From the NCBI GenBank assembly GCA_950097015.1, contig CATNEN010000034.1, positions 7,626,001 through 7,690,000 of the forward strand: a stretch of DNA of 64,000 bases, in the 5' to 3' direction. Positions within the stretch are counted from its first letter, which is position 1. Each line of letters begins with the position of its first letter. The notes below the pieces were generated by a model that was given only the letters and a program-made list of their open reading frames with translations, was not told where the DNA came from and searched no databases. The stretch comes from Macrostomum hystrix. Its lineage: Eukaryota > Animalia > Platyhelminthes. Shown one piece after another: positions 12,160 to 26,532 of this stretch. The position numbers were made by a program, and so were the translations under genes.

Positions 12160-14628
12160 CCACCCCACATTCCCTTATCTGCCATCCTCCACCCCACTCT
12201 CCCCTTATCTGCCATCCTCTCCCCACTCTCCCTTATCTGCCATCCTTTCCCCCTATCTCCCCTTATCTGCCATCCTTTCCCCACTCTCCCTTATCTGCCA
12301 TCCTCTCCCCCTATCTCCCCTTATCTGCCATCCTCTACCCCACTCTCCTTATCTGCCATCCTTTCCCCCTCTCCCCTTATCTGCCATCCTCTCCCCACTC
12401 TACCCTTATCTGCCATCTTCTCCCCTCTCTCCCTTATCTGCCATCCTCTCCCCACTCTCCCTTATCTGCCATCCTCTCCCCACTCTCCCTTATCTGCCAT
12501 CCTTTCCCCCCTCTCCCCTTATCTGCCATCCTCTACCACACTCTGCCCTTATCTGCCATCCTCTACCCACTCTCCCTTATCTGCCATCCTTTCCCCCTCT
12601 CCCCTTATCTGCCATCCTCTCCCCACTCTACCCTTATCTGCCATCTTCTCCCCTCTCTCCCCTTATCTGCCATCCTCTACCCACTCTCCCTTATCTGCCA
12701 TCCTCTCCCCACTCTACCCTTATCTGCCATCCTCTCCCCACTCTACCCTTATCTACCATCTTCTCCCCTCTCTCCCCTTATCTGCCATCCTCTACCCACT
12801 CTACCCTTATCTGCCATCTTCTCCCCTCTCTCCCCTTATCTGCCATCCTCTACCCACTCTCCCTTATCTGCCATCCTCTCCCCACTCTCCCTTATCTGCC
12901 ATCCTTTCCCCCCTCTCCCCTTATCTGCCATCCTCTACCACACTCTGCCCTTATCTGCCATCCTCTACCCACTCTCCCTTATCTGCCATCCTCTCCCCAC
13001 TCTCCCTTATCTGCCATCCTTTCCCCCCTCTCCCCTTATCTGCCATCCTCTACCCCACTCTCCCTTATCTGCCATCCTCTCCCCACTCTCCCTTATCTGC
13101 CATCCTTTCCCCCTCTCCCCTTATCTGCCATCCTCTCCCCACTCTACCCTTATCTGCCATCTTCTCCCCTCTCTCCCCTTATCTGCCATCCTCTACCCAC
13201 TCTCCCTTATCTGCCATCCTCTCCCCACTCTCCCCACTCTACCCTTATCTGCCATCCTCTCCCTACTCTACCCTTATCTGCCATCTTCTCCCCTCTCTCC
13301 CCTTATCTGCCATCCTCTACCCACTCTCCCTTATCTGCCATCCTCTCCCCACTCTCCCTTTTCTGCCATCCTCTACCCACTCTCCCCTTCTCCACCCCAC
13401 TCTCCCCTTATCTGCCATCCTCTACCCCACTCTCCCCTTATCTGCCATCCTCTACCCCACTCTCCCCTTATCTGCCATCCTCCACCCCACTCTCCCCTTA
13501 TCTGCCATCCTCTACCCCACTCTCCCCTTATCTGCCATCCTCTACCCCACTCTCCCTTTTCTGCCATCCTCTACCCACTCTCCCCTTATCTGCCATCCTC
13601 TACCCCACTCTCCCCTTATCTGCCATCCTCTACCCCACTCTCCCTTTTCTGCCATCCTCTACCCACTCTCCCCTTATCTGCCATCCTCTACCCCACTCTC
13701 CCTTATCTGCCATCCTCTACCCCACTCTCCCCTTATCTGCCATCCTCTACCCCACTCTCCCTTATCTGCCATCCTTTCCCCACTCTCCCCTTATCTGCCA
13801 TCCTCTCCCCACTCTCCCCTTATCTGCCATCCTCTACCCCACTCTCCCTTATCTGCCATCCTCTACCCCACGCTCCCATATCTGCCATCCTCTCCCCACT
13901 CTACCCTTATCTGCCATCTTCTCCCCACTCTCCCCTTATCTGCCATCCTTTCCCCACTCTCCCCTTATCTGCCATCCTTTCCCCACTCTCCCCTTATCTG
14001 CCATCCTCTCCCCACTCTCCCTTATCTGCCATCCTCTACCCCACTCTCTCTTATCTGCCATCCTCTACCCCACTCTCCCTTATCTGCCATCTCTACCTCA
14101 CTCTCCCTTATCTGCCATCCTCTACCCCACTCTCCCATATCTGCCATCCTCTCCCCACTCTCCCCTTATCTGCCATCTTCTCCCCACTCTCCCCTTATCT
14201 GCCATCCTCTACCCCACTCTCTCTTATCTGCCATCCTCTACCCCACTCTCCCTTATCTGCCATCTCTACCTCACTCTCCCTTGTCTGCCATCCTCTACCC
14301 CACTCTCCCTTATCTGCCATCCTCTACCCCACTCTCCCTTATCTGCCATCCTCTACCCCACTCTCCCTTATCTGCCATCTCTATCTCACTCTCCCTTGTC
14401 TGCCATCCTCTACCCCACTCTCCCTTATCTGCCATCCTCTACCCCACTCTCCCTTATCTGCCATCCTCTACCCCACTCTACCCTTATCTGCCATCTTCTC
14501 CCCACTCTCCCCTTATCTGCCATCCTCTACCTCACTCTCCCTTACCTGCCATCCTCTACCCCACTCTCCCCTTATCTGCCATCCTCTACCTCACTCTCCC
14601 TTATCTGCCATCCTCTCCCCACTCTCTC
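12160..14628. repeat. Minisatellite, 28-29-bp unit CCTTATCTGCCATCCTCTCCCCACTCTC(C) x~85
   Basis: Directly visible; source of the spurious 879/860-aa ORFs. Confidence 0.97.
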
Positions 14629-15391
14629 TCATCACTCTATCTTATCTATTATCTTGAATCTGTGAAATTAGTAAAAAAATATTTGAATTCGAGTATAAAA
14701 TGCATAAAAAACCAGAACCAGAACTAGCAGCAGCAGCAGCAGCAGCAGTGGGCACAGCAAACCGAACCGACTCCTGGCTAATTCGTTTAAATCTTTTTGC
14801 ATCAATCGAGCCTGGCGCAGCTCCCGTGAGGACAGAGAGCTGGTGGAATTGTGGGGCCATGCTGAATTAAAGATGACTGACTGGCTGAGCGGCAGTCAGT
14901 GCCGACTCCCTCAGTTGTGATTCGCGCGAACCCGCCTTCCCCGGATCATCATCAAGGGGGGGAGTCGGTTGTCGTCCAGGGATTTCTCTCACCTCCAACG
15001 CCGGTGAAGCGAGGCTCGCTGTAACTGGGCAGAAAAGCAAATTTGGGGATTTCGGATTAGAGAAAGAAAACGGGTCAGAGTGGGCGATGGGGATTATTTC
15101 ATTTTTTATTCTTGTTCCCAACCGGCCGTGATCCCCATCCGGCGTTCGGGTCCATCTCGATTATCCCCTAATATATAATGGATGCTGCGGTGTCAGCGCG
15201 ACTGGCGGCTCAGCTCAGTAATCACTTCAGGCTGAGCAGCTACTGAATCTGGCGCAGTTTCTGAGTTGCTAAATTATGAAATGGGGATAATTACGCGAGC
15301 TCCGGTGCATGGGATGCGGGATAAGAAGCCAAAATACGAACTCGGGATTATGATTTCGAGTACAGGCGGCGGACTCTTGGGATAAGAACTG

Positions 15392-15500
15392 TGGGATGAT
15401 AAAGACTTGATGATAAAGACTGCAGGATAAAGACTGTGGCATAAAGACTTTGCGATAAGAACTGTGGGATAAAGACTGTGGGATAAAAACTGTGGGATAA
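15392..15500. repeat. Short degenerate 14-bp repeat GATAAAGACTGTGG
   Basis: About 7 imperfect copies. Confidence 0.75.
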
Positions 15501-16484
15501 ACACTGTAGGACGAAGACTGACGGTTAAGGACTGTTTGATAAAGACATTAGGACACATGGGGAATTAATTCGAATAGATTGTACTGAGCAAGGACTCAAA
15601 ATGTATGTCCCCTAGACTGAGAAACGAACTTTGGACTTCATGTCAAAGAGTTCAAGGAAAAATTACAGTCATCCAGGATAAAAACACAGATTATTTGCTT
15701 TGACAAAGACATCAGAATTTTCCAATGAACCAAAAGACTCGAAAAAAATGACCAAAGTCGATGTTCCCCCTGTCGTTGTGTGATAAATTGGCCAGCGAGC
15801 CAATGGGATGGATTTATCAGGGCCAGGCAGTTCTCTGAGACCGACCAGGGAGAGGATACACAGATTATATCAGCTAATGAATTTCCCAGGAGAGAGGAGG
15901 CTGGACCCAGCAGTCAGTGATGAAGGCATGTTTGCTCATATCTCGCGGTGCAAAGACTGGTCGTATTCCCCCAAGGGCCGAGCCTGTCCCTCATCCCGCC
16001 GCGAAATCTGCAGGCCGGTTGGGTGCGGCTTCTAAATAGTGGCTTTGTGCGCGACTCGGCCGCAGCTGAGCTATAATTCGATTTGCACTTATCCACTTTC
16101 CAATGCGCCCAGCAACGCACAACGCACAGCTCACGATTAAGAATGAATCTAGTGCGGGCAATGAGAGATTTGCGGAAACCAAATCACTCTGAGCCTCTCT
16201 GCTGTGTCTCTCTGTCGATGCTTCTAATGAGAACTCCACCCACTCGGAGCCGCTGAACCCCCAGGCGAGATCTGCAACTGTGCCTCCCAATCTTTGAGTT
16301 CAGCTATTTTCCTTTGTTTATGTGGGCTGGAACTGAGTATGGGGACAACTCTGCTTATTTTTGCTGCTGAGAATAGGAAAGCAATGCGCGAAGATTGAGC
16401 TCATAAAAAGCAAGCATGCAGCAGTGAGTCGCTCATTTTTTAATTTGAGGGTAAGCGATAAGTTTGAATTAGAAGCAAGTTGGG

Positions 16485-16925
16485 AAAGAGTGTAGAGAAC
16501 GGGAGAAAGAGAGGAGAGAGTGGGAGAGAAAGAGTGGATGGATAGGGGAGAAAGAGAGGAGATAGAGAGGGAAAGAAAAAGGGGGAGAAAGAGTGTAGAG
16601 AACGGGAGAAAGAGAGGAGAGAGTGGGAGAGAAAGAGTGGATAGCAAGAGAGAAAGAGTGGATGGATAGGGGAGAAAGAGAGGAGATAGAGAGGGAAAGA
16701 AAAAGGGGGAGAAAGAGTGTAGAGAATAGGAGAAAGAGAGGAGAGAGGGGGAGACAAAGAGTGGATTACGAGGGGAGAAAGAGTGTGTAGCGAGGGGGAG
16801 AAAGAGTGTAGAGAATGGGAGAAAGAGAGAAGAGAGGGGGGAAATAAAGAGTGGGATAGAGGGAGAGAAAGAGTGTGTAGCGAGAGGGAGAGAGGGAGAG
16901 GGAGAGAGGGAGAGGGAGAGAGTAG
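16485..16925. repeat. GA-rich complex repeat with internal ~120-bp duplication
   Basis: GGGGGAGAAAGAGTG motifs; the block GAGAGGAGATAGAGAGGGAAAGAAAAAGGGGGAG occurs twice. Confidence 0.8.
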
Positions 16926-17968
16926 GAGTGTAGTGAAGTAGTGGAGTCGAACCGAAGCGGCAGAAGTTCAGCAGGTCTTGCATGCTTTCCAACAGTCCAA
17001 TAAATATTCTCCCAAGGGTTAAGCTGGTGAAGTGGGAATGGCATTCCAATCGTTGGAAATAATGGTTTGAAATAAACACAAGGTTGAAAAATTGCACCGC
17101 TTGCTTGTCGGCTCCCAAGTTGAGACTAAACTCAGCTCTGCCTATTGACAGTGGATTTCTAAGAATTCCCAGAGTGGCTTAGGATTAAGGCAATTTCTGA
17201 GATCAAAAACAGCCCGCAGCTGCTCAAGCTATGGCCTGTGGTCACAATTTCGAATTTGGGAATGTCAACTTGGGTGTTGGGATAAAAAATTATCCCAAGG
17301 CAATCCCAAAAGTTTCTAATAGACGGCAGATGGCCGTGACCCGGCCTACAGACCGCCATCAATAACTGCAATGCCAAATTTCTTCACACTCAGTTCTCGT
17401 CAATCAGTTAAAAAAGTTGGCCATTGCTAAGATTTTTTAATAGGATTATTTTCGCTAACATCCTTCATTTGATTAAACCCTTGAATTGGGAAGAAAGCTT
17501 TGTTCCAGAAATAAAATTACTGCTGTTCAGCAGCCAAGAGAATTTTTAAACAGAGCGGGATGAATGTTTAGAAGAACTTTAGCCCGGTGTCAAGTTGACA
17601 ACGTGTGGAGGGGATAAAATCCCACTATGCTATTGTTTTCTATTCATCGTTTGGCTTTCTTTAACACCTCAGCGAAGTTGTTCCTTCGCTAATTCCTTCT
17701 TCATTTGCTTTTTTTCTTCGGCTGAAAATATTGTGTCGGAGGCGGACAGCTTCGCTGGCAAGTTTCTTCACTCAAGTGCCTTTTGTTTCTTGAGAAATGC
17801 TTTGGCTTCCTTTAGCGGCGGGGTTGCATTGTTTGGGACGTAGGAAACGGCTATGCTTGAGGTGAAGAAGAAATTAAAAAGCTTTCTGCAAATGCAAGCT
17901 GGTTCAGACAAGCTCTTTAACAGCTTTTTCTTTGATTTAGGAACACAAGCTTTCAATTATAAAGGCTT

Positions 17969-19815
17969 GAATGGGATTTGGATGGTTAGAATGGGATTTT
18001 GATAGTTAGAATGGGATTTTGATAGTTAGAATGGGATTGGGATGGTTAGAATGGGATTTTGATGGTTAGAATGGGATTGGGATGGTTAGAATGGGATTTT
18101 GATGGTTAGAATGGGATTGGGATGGTTAGAATGGGATTGGGATGGTTAGAATGGGATTTTGATGGTTAGAATGGGATTTTGATAGTTAGAATGGGATTTT
18201 GATAGTTAGAATGGGATTTTGATAGTTAGAATGGGATTTTGATGGTTAGAATGGGATTTTGATGGTTAGAATGGGATTTTGATGGTTAGAATGGGATTGG
18301 GATGGTTAGAATGGGATTTTGATGGTTAGAATGGGATTTTGATAGTTAGAATGGGATTTTGATGGTTAGAATGGGATTTTGATAGTTAGAATGGGATTGG
18401 GATGGTTAGAATGGGATTTTGATAGTTAGAATGGGATTTTGATAGTTAGAATGGGATTTTGATAGTTAGAATGGGATTTTGATAGTTAGAATGGGATTTT
18501 GATGGTTAGAATGGGATTTTGATGGTTAGAATGGGATTGGGATGGTTAGAATGGGATTTTGATGGTTAGAATGGGATTTTGATAGTTAGAATGGGATTTT
18601 GATGGTTAGAATGGGATTTTGATAGTTAGAATGGGATTGGGATGGTTAGAATGGGATTTTGATAGTTAGAATGGGATTTTGATAGTTAGAATGGGATTTT
18701 GATAGTTAGAATGGGATTTTGATAGTTAGAATGGGATTTTGATAGTTAGAATGGGATTGGGATGGTTAGAATGGGATTTTGATAGTTAGAATGGGATTTT
18801 GATAGTTAGAATGGGATTGGGATGGTTAGAATGGGATTTTGATGGTTAGAATGGGATTGGGATGGTTAGAATGGGATTTTGATGGTTAGAATGGGATTTT
18901 GATAGTTAGAATGGGATTTTGATAGTTAGAATGGGATTTTGATGGTTAGAATGGGATTTTGATGGTTAGAATGGGATTTTGATGGTTAGAATGGGATTGG
19001 GATGGTTAGAATGGGATTGGGATGGTTAGAATGGGATTTTGATAGTTAGAATGGGATTTTGATGGTTAGAATGGGATTTTGATGGTTAGAATGGGATTGG
19101 GATGGTTAGAATGGGATTTTGATGGTTAGAATGGGATTGGGATGGTTAGAATGGGATTTTGATAGTTAGAATGGGATTTTGATAGTTAGAATGGGATTTT
19201 GATGGTTAGAATGGGATTGGGATGGTTAGAATGGGATTTTGATAGTTAGAATGGGATTTTGATAGTTAGAATGGGATTTTGATAGTTAGAATGGGATTGG
19301 GATGGTTAGAATGGGATTTTGATGGTTAGAATGGGATTTTGATGGTTAGAATGGGAATGGGATATTTAGAATGGGATTTTGATAGTTAGAATGGGATTTG
19401 GATAGTCAGAATGGGATTTTGATAGTTAGAATGGGATTGGGATGGTTAGAATGGGATTTTGATGGTTAGAATGGGATTGGGATGGTTAGAATGGGATTTT
19501 GATGGTTAGAATGGGATTTGGATAGTCAGAATGGGATTTTGATGGTTAGAATGGGAATGGGATATTTAGAATGGGATTTTGATAGTTAGAATGGGATTTG
19601 GATAGTCAGAATGGGATTTTGATGGTTAGAATGGGATTGGGATGGTTAGAATGGGATTTTGATGGTTAGAATGGGATTTGGATAGTTAGAATGGGATTTG
19701 GATAGTTAGAATGGGATTTTGATAGTTAGAATGGGATTTGGATAGTCAGAATGGGATTTTGATAGTTAGAATGGGATTGGGATGGTCAGAATGGGATTTT
19801 GATGGTTGGAATGGG
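17969..19815. repeat. Minisatellite, 20-bp unit GATGGTTAGAATGGGATTTT x~92
   Basis: Directly visible, with GATAG/GATGG and TT/GG variants. Confidence 0.98.
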
Positions 19816-20994
19816 AAAATAATGAAGTCATTATTAGTCGGACAATGGAAACAAAAAGTCTTTTGTTTAGAAGAATCATTAAAAAAACAAGCCGCATTTC
19901 AGGCAAGCGTCTACAATTTATCTACAAGTTGAGCACGAAAGTGCCACTAAATGCCTGTCATTTATCTATCCATCAAATCAACAGCCTCATTCACCCCAGC
20001 GGTAGGTAGACAATTCACTGTTTAGCAACAAGTGAGTTTTGACAATTCAATTCATTGTTTTCATCGACCAAAAATGGGAGAATAAAAAAAGACTATACGA
20101 GGAAATGTAGCTCGTATCTCCACAGGATAAGGGTTGAGAAGGGTTTGGTTGGGAGTATGTTTATTCATCTGTGTCAACTTTCAGAATGGATCTTTAAGAA
20201 GAAGAAGTAAAAAAGCTGTGGCGTGTGAAACCGGCGTATAAGTGTCTGACACGCAGTTTATCTAGAGGTGGACTAACATTACACTGGACACAGATTGACA
20301 TAACACCTTTGACAGTCGAGCTCTGTCACTTTCTATATCCCAATCTTGTGTCTTGGCCTATACTCTACAACGGAGTGTTTGACAAACATAAACGTCTCGC
20401 TAAGTTAGCTTTTTCTGTGTTCACTTTTTTTCGCACTCCACACTCCAGCATGCAGCCGAACAAGGGCGCTCCTCATGCGGAGCAGAGCACAGCCGCATGG
20501 AGACTAGAAATTATGCTGGAAGGTCGGGGGTGGAAACTGTGCATGTCAACCTCGGAGACACCATTGCCCGACTCCCACAGTCGACTCCAGGCCGGGCTAA
20601 TTTTCCAGTGTTACAATTTTGAGCAGCCTCCGGGGCAGGGAATGGGAGCAATTTTGATGAGAAATGGAAAGTAAATTGTTATATATTTTTGTTCGCAACT
20701 TCTTCAAGACAGTTTCTGCGGACTGAGCACAGAGAGCGGCTTCTAAAGAAACTCGCCGAAATTGAAAGCTGAGCAAATTTTTTTGCGGAACCGAACCTTA
20801 TAAATAATTCATGAGTATTCTAACTGGCGAATATTAACCCTCTTTAAGCAGCAATTTCGCTTGTTTCTATACAAGCACACTTCACCAACATTGCCAATAC
20901 TGAATTGCGTGTCAAATTCTGCTACAAGAGTTCCTAAAGTTAACTAAAAATTGTTTGTAAAATTTATGTTCGTGAAAACTCGGATTGTTGCTGC

Positions 20995-21385
20995 TGGGGT
21001 AGAATCGGAGAAGTGAAATCGGAGAGGTAGAATCGTAGGGGTAGAATCGTAGGGGTAGAATCGGAGAGGTAGAATCGTAGGGGTAGAATCGGAGAGGTAG
21101 AATCGTAGGGGTAGAATCGTAGGGGTAGAATTGAAGGGGTAGAATTGAAGGGGTAGAATCGTAGGGGTAGAATCGTAGGGGTAGAATCGGAGAGGTAGAA
21201 TCGTAGGGGTAGAATCGTAGGGGTAGAATTGAAGGGGTAGAATTGAAGGGGAAGAATCGGAGAAGTGAAGTCGGAGGGGCAGAATCGGGGGTAGAAAATG
21301 AGGGGTAGAATATGATGGGTAGAATATCGGGGGTAGGAAGTAGGGGTAGAATTAGATGGGAGATCTTAGGGCTTGAGGGGTAGAA
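20995..21385. repeat. Minisatellite, 14-bp unit GGGGTAGAATCGTA with degenerate right end
   Basis: Directly visible. Confidence 0.9.
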
Positions 21386-22194
21386 CCGCAGAAGTAGAGC
21401 AGAACAACTCAGACCCACATGGTAAGCAAGAAAAGAGTTGTCCCAAAGTGAACAGCAGAGCATGCGTATAGAAATTAGTGACTCCTTACAGCAGCCAGCA
21501 ATGGCCAGACACAAGCATTTGAGGTTGGCCAGCTAGAAGGAGCCATAGAATTTCCCCAGACAATCACCGTGCATGCAGCCTGCAAACTAGTCAATCTGCA
21601 AAAGCTTCAGTCCCAGCAAACTCATAAATAAACCAGCTGTCCTCAAGCCACTCCCCCCGCCCCTCTCTCTCGGTGAGCCGACTCCACTAGACTCAAAAAC
21701 TATACATTCAAAAGGTTCTCATCTATAACAGTTGAAAATTCAACTCGTCCGGCGCTGCTGCAGAAGAGTCCGTCAAATCCTCTGTCCCCCCACCACGCGC
21801 ACACACAATGGCTGACACACAATCGTAATATAGCAGCAACTTTGCAGGCGGCGGAGGCGGACCTAAGTGGGCTGGCTGAGTTTCAGCTCCAGTTGCAAGC
21901 ATTGATAGCCTGCAGGTTTCGGAGATTTCTGTCGTAGAATCTCTCATACGAGTGTATAGCTTTAGTTGTTGAAACTTTCAGCTGTCCCCGATTTTAGTAT
22001 TAGCCTAGAGTTCCAAAAACTAAAGGGGAGTTTTATCCCCCACCGCTGCACTGGTCGATAACTCTAAACAATCGAGATTGTCTGTTCTAGGAACACGAAC
22101 CGGAGTTGTCCAAGCAGTTGTGACCGAGTTGATGAGTCTATTTTAAGAACGAAACTATTGAGGATTACTGTTGCATTGCTGTAAAATATTGGGG

Positions 22195-22606
22195 AGACGA
22201 GACAGAGGAGAGATGAGACAGTGAAAAGATGGGACACGGTATAGAGATGAGACACGGGAGAGTTGAGACACGGGAGGATTAGACAGGGGATATATGAGAC
22301 AGGGAGAGACTAGACAGGGGAGATATGAGACAGGGAGAGACTAGACAGGGGAGATATGAGACAGGGAGAGACTAGACAGGGGAGATATGAGACAGGGAGA
22401 GACTAGACAGGGGAGATATGAGACAGGGAGAGACTAGACAGGGGAGATATGAGACAGGGAGAGACTAGACAGGGGAGATATGAGACAGGGAGAGACTAGA
22501 CAGGGGAGATATGAGACAGGGAGAGACTAGACAGGGGAGATATGAGACAGGGAGAGACTAGACAGGGGAGATATGAGACAGGGAGAGACTAGACAGGGGA
22601 GATATG
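22195..22606. repeat. Minisatellite, 31-bp unit GAGACAGGGAGAGACTAGACAGGGGAGATAT x~10 plus degenerate left edge
   Basis: Directly visible. Confidence 0.95.
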
Positions 22607-25424
22607 AAGCAAAAAGTGTTTGAATCGCCAGTTGCGCAATATTTGTGAGGTTTTCAGGCCGGAGGTTGCCGACCCCATGCTTCAGAAGTTCAATAGATTT
22701 AAAGGTTTTGCCCAGTTTTCACAAGGCTGAAGTCTAAACCTTCACTTTCGTTCATTGACCCGCCTAAGAAGGAAAATTAGCTCTGACTATATTAGGCAGA
22801 CGTCTCTAAAACACAAAGGTGCTCAGACTCTTATCCAAGACATCTCGTCCGCTTTGAGTTGATTCTATACTCGTACAAGCGAGAGGCGTGAAGTGGACGC
22901 GAGCCAGTTGCAAGCCGATGCTTGCTAGCTAGGGGGCATCTGGTTTGTCTGTGGGAAATTTTCCAGTTTGCGGTCCGGGCACGACTGAAGTGAGTCGTAT
23001 CGGTACGTGCCACCACCCACGCTCCAATCCTCCCCGGACGTCAAAAATATTCCCAAGAGCTCGTGTCTAACCACGTGGTTTTGAGGATGAGAAAGCAGTT
23101 TCATAGCTTTGCTTGGCTTGATACTGACTGGCAGGGCAACGCGCATAATTTAGTAAGTATGGGCCGACTAAAAGCGTCAAACTCCAGGCGCAATGGGTAG
23201 CTGTGCTTCTGTGAACGGAAGGAGGCAATTAGTTCTGCCCGGAGACTATATAGTCACCAAACAGTTGAACAGAGAAGCTGCATGGCTTTTCATTGTAGGA
23301 GGCAAAAGCAGAAGAAAGTTTTTTTCTTGAATGGAGGCCGCGGCGGCGGCGGTGACAGACCGGAAGAGAAGGCGGAGCCGGGACCTGTTGGGCGGTGACG
23401 ATGTCGGCGCTTCTTCAAGTTGCTTTTTCCCTTTCCTCGTCTCTTTCCCACTTCTTTCAATCGTTTTTTTTCTCTCTTTTGGAGACCCGCTTCAGGTGGA
23501 GGAGACAAGAAAAGGCAGGTTAATGAGCCGCAGCAGTTAGCGACTCAGCGGGTAGAGGTTAGGTTGGCTTCCACAATTCCCCAGAATAAAAAATCCCATT
23601 TTTCCCCATCCCTCCGCCAAGTTTATCACCCCTTACCCCCTTCCCTCACAACAAAAAATGGTGTGGGAAAATTGGGAGCAAAACACAATCTGAAATGAAT
23701 AACAATTTTAATGATTGTGAAATCCCTATATTATGCGTCATCAACCGCTCATGCCTGTACTCGTTTTGGTTGAAACTCGAATTTCGCAAGTATCATGGCC
23801 TTGTCAAACAAGCAATTAAGAGAAACTGGGGATTTCGCCTCTAGTTCCATTGTCAGCCGCTCAACTTGACGGCCGAAATTCAGTACTGGAAGATCTCAGG
23901 AATTATCGGCAACTCAAGCTGCTGCGAGACACTGAAGTGGCCACTTAGCTAGAAAATTACATTTAAAACTTTTTCCACATGTTGTCAATAATTAGATTTA
24001 TCTAACTGCACTAAATATGAAGAATTAAGTTTCCTGACATTTTGGGGATTGTCAATGTTGACAGATTGGGATTTATCAAGAAACGGGATAATTCTCCCAT
24101 AGTTTCTCCCGTCTCGTCTCTGACTAAATATTTGCTCCGTGCATCGTTGGTTCGAACTTACAATCGATGAAAAATGAAATCGCAGAAAATTTGTTTTGAA
24201 AGAGACCGAAAGGAAGCGGCCGCAGTCTGGGGTTGGCGGCGGAGGCGGAGGCGGCGAAGGAGGCGGAGAGGAAATTGCAAGATTTCTGGGGCAAACATTT
24301 TCGCGTCGCACGCGCGCCGCCAAAAAATCCCCGCTTCCTACTCTCTCGAAATTTCTCCCCAGAAGTCTAGTTGCCATGCTGCCCGGGGTAGATTCCAGAC
24401 TCCGCCATCGTCACTCGCTTTGGCGGATAAGCAAACGCAGGGAACGAGCCAGGCGACATTAGCTCTCAACAGTCAAATATAAAATATCCAGCGTCGATGG
24501 CCTCGCTATAGCGAGTAATACCAAGATCGAGTGATCCCAGAAGGAGTCTGCAGTTACATAACATCCTCACGGCGCGGCCCAAGTGGAGCAGCCGGGCCCC
24601 GGAAACTAAAAAACAAAAAAGCATTAAACAGAACAAAAAAGATTCAGGCACCCAGAGTGGGTTAGGGCAGAGATCCACAACAATCTACCGGAACAAACTC
24701 AGCAAACAAAAAGAACTGGGAAAGGATGCGTGCGAGAAATGCTTCTTGGACGAAGCAACAGCTTCGCCAGCCCTGCCCTGCTATCTCCCGGTGCAATACA
24801 AGATGGGAGAATTTCGGAAGCGAAAGTGGGGACAGGAACCACATATGAAAAGTAAACTCCTGCAATTTCCTGAGGGCTTGATTTCATGTCGTTTACCAGA
24901 TCGCGGAATTCCGAACGAAAGATCATTGCAGCCTGTTAAACAGGTGGGCAACAACGGATAATAAGGCATAATTCTATTTCGCAATGGGAGAAACTAAATT
25001 AGATTGGCGAATTAGATTACGCAGACCTGTCTCTAAGGCTATCTTTGTTAGGCCTAGTCAGATTACACAACTAATAGTTCCACTATTACTAATGAAGTTC
25101 ATAATGCCTCTGTGTTTCTGTTTTGTTATTCAAATTGTTGTTGTTGTTACAACACAGTCACAAGTCGACTCTGTGATTAAACAATTAGATAATAAAGGTC
25201 TGTGGACAGAGACGCCTCTCGCTTGGTTGCATTCGGACCGTATTTTTGTGAGCTCGGATCCTAATCTTAATGAGGCTAGATAAATATTTCCCAAACTGTG
25301 TATTAAATATCCCTTATCTTTGCTTTGCCTTTAATTTAAGGAATTGGGAAATATTGTCTGTTTGGCTGCTTAGAGCAGGAGGATCCTAAGTTTTGATCTT
25401 GTGATCCGGGGATTGAGAAATCTT

Positions 25425-25690
25425 TAACTGAGGATTTGAGGATTATGAAATCCCTAACTGAGGATTTGAGGATTGTGAAATCCCTAACTGAGGATTTGAG
25501 GATTGTGAAATCCTTACTTGAGGATCTGAAGATTGTGTGAAGCCCTTGCTGAGGATTTGAGGATTGTGAAGCCCTTGCTGAGGATTTGAGGATTGTGAAG
25601 CCCTTGCTGAGGATCTGGGAATAATTGTGAAATCCCTGCCTATGGATCTAGGGATTTTGAAATATTTACCTGAGGATCTGAGAATCTCAA
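25425..25690. repeat. Minisatellite, 30-bp unit GAGGATTTGAGGATTGTGAAATCCCTAACT (degenerate)
   Basis: Directly visible. Confidence 0.85.
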
Positions 25691-25744
25691 AATTCCTACC
25701 AGTGGATCTGTGGATTGTATGTAGAATCTGAATTTAATAACCTG

Positions 25745-26532
25745 GGGATTGAGAATTTAAGGATGTGGGGATTGTGGATTCCCAATTTAAGGATGTGGGG
25801 ACTGTGGATTCAAAATTTAAGGATGTGGGGATTGTGGATTCCCAATTTAAGGATGTGGGGATTGTGGATTCCCAGTTTAAGGATGTGGGGATTGTGGATT
25901 CCCAATTTAAGGATGTAGGGATTGTGGATTCAAAATTTAAGGATGTGGGGATTGTGGATTTCCAATTTAAGGATGTGGGGATTGTGGATTCCCAATTTAA
26001 GGATGTGGGGATTGTGGATTCCCAATTTAAGGATGTGGAGATTGTGGATTTCTAATTTAAGGATGTGGGGATTGTGGATTCCCAATTTAAGGATGTGGGG
26101 ACTGTGGATTCAAAATTTAAGGATGTGGGGATTGTGGATTCCCAATTTAAGGATGTGGGGATTGTGGATTCCCAGTTTAAGGATGTGGGGATTGTGGATT
26201 CCCAATTTAAGGATGTGGGGATTGTGGATTCTCAGTTTAAGGATGTGGGACTGTGGATTCCCAATTTAAGGATGTGGAGATTGTGGATTTCTAATTTAAG
26301 GATGTGGGGATTGTGGATTCCCAATTTAAGGATGTGGGGACTGTGGATTCAAAATTTAAGGATGTGGGGATTGTGGATTCCCAATTTAAGGATGTGGGGA
26401 TTGTGGATTCCCAGTTTAAGGATGTGGGGATTGTGGATTCCCAATTTAAGGATGTGGGGATTGTGGATTCTCAGTTTAAGGATGTGGGATTGTGGATTCC
26501 TCAGTTTAAGGATGTGGGGATTGTGGATTCCT
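25745..26532. repeat. Minisatellite, 30-bp unit AATTTAAGGATGTGGGGATTGTGGATTCCC x~26
   Basis: Directly visible. Confidence 0.96.

Noticed and set aside
12026-14727. 879-aa and 860-aa ORFs
   Set aside because: Translations of a stop-free C/T-rich minisatellite, open in several frames at once.
17969-19815. Interstitial telomere / telomerase product
   Set aside because: The unit contains GGTTAG and GGG but not tandem TTAGGG; resemblance only.
22660-22680. hAT-like terminal repeat GGTTGCCGACCCC(A)TG next to an array
   Set aside because: No matching partner TIR or TSD found; a similar motif at ~38737 could not be paired with it.
20225-24482. ORFs at 20225, 23331 and 24174
   Set aside because: No homology recognised, no coherent splice chain, and partly GGC-repeat driven.
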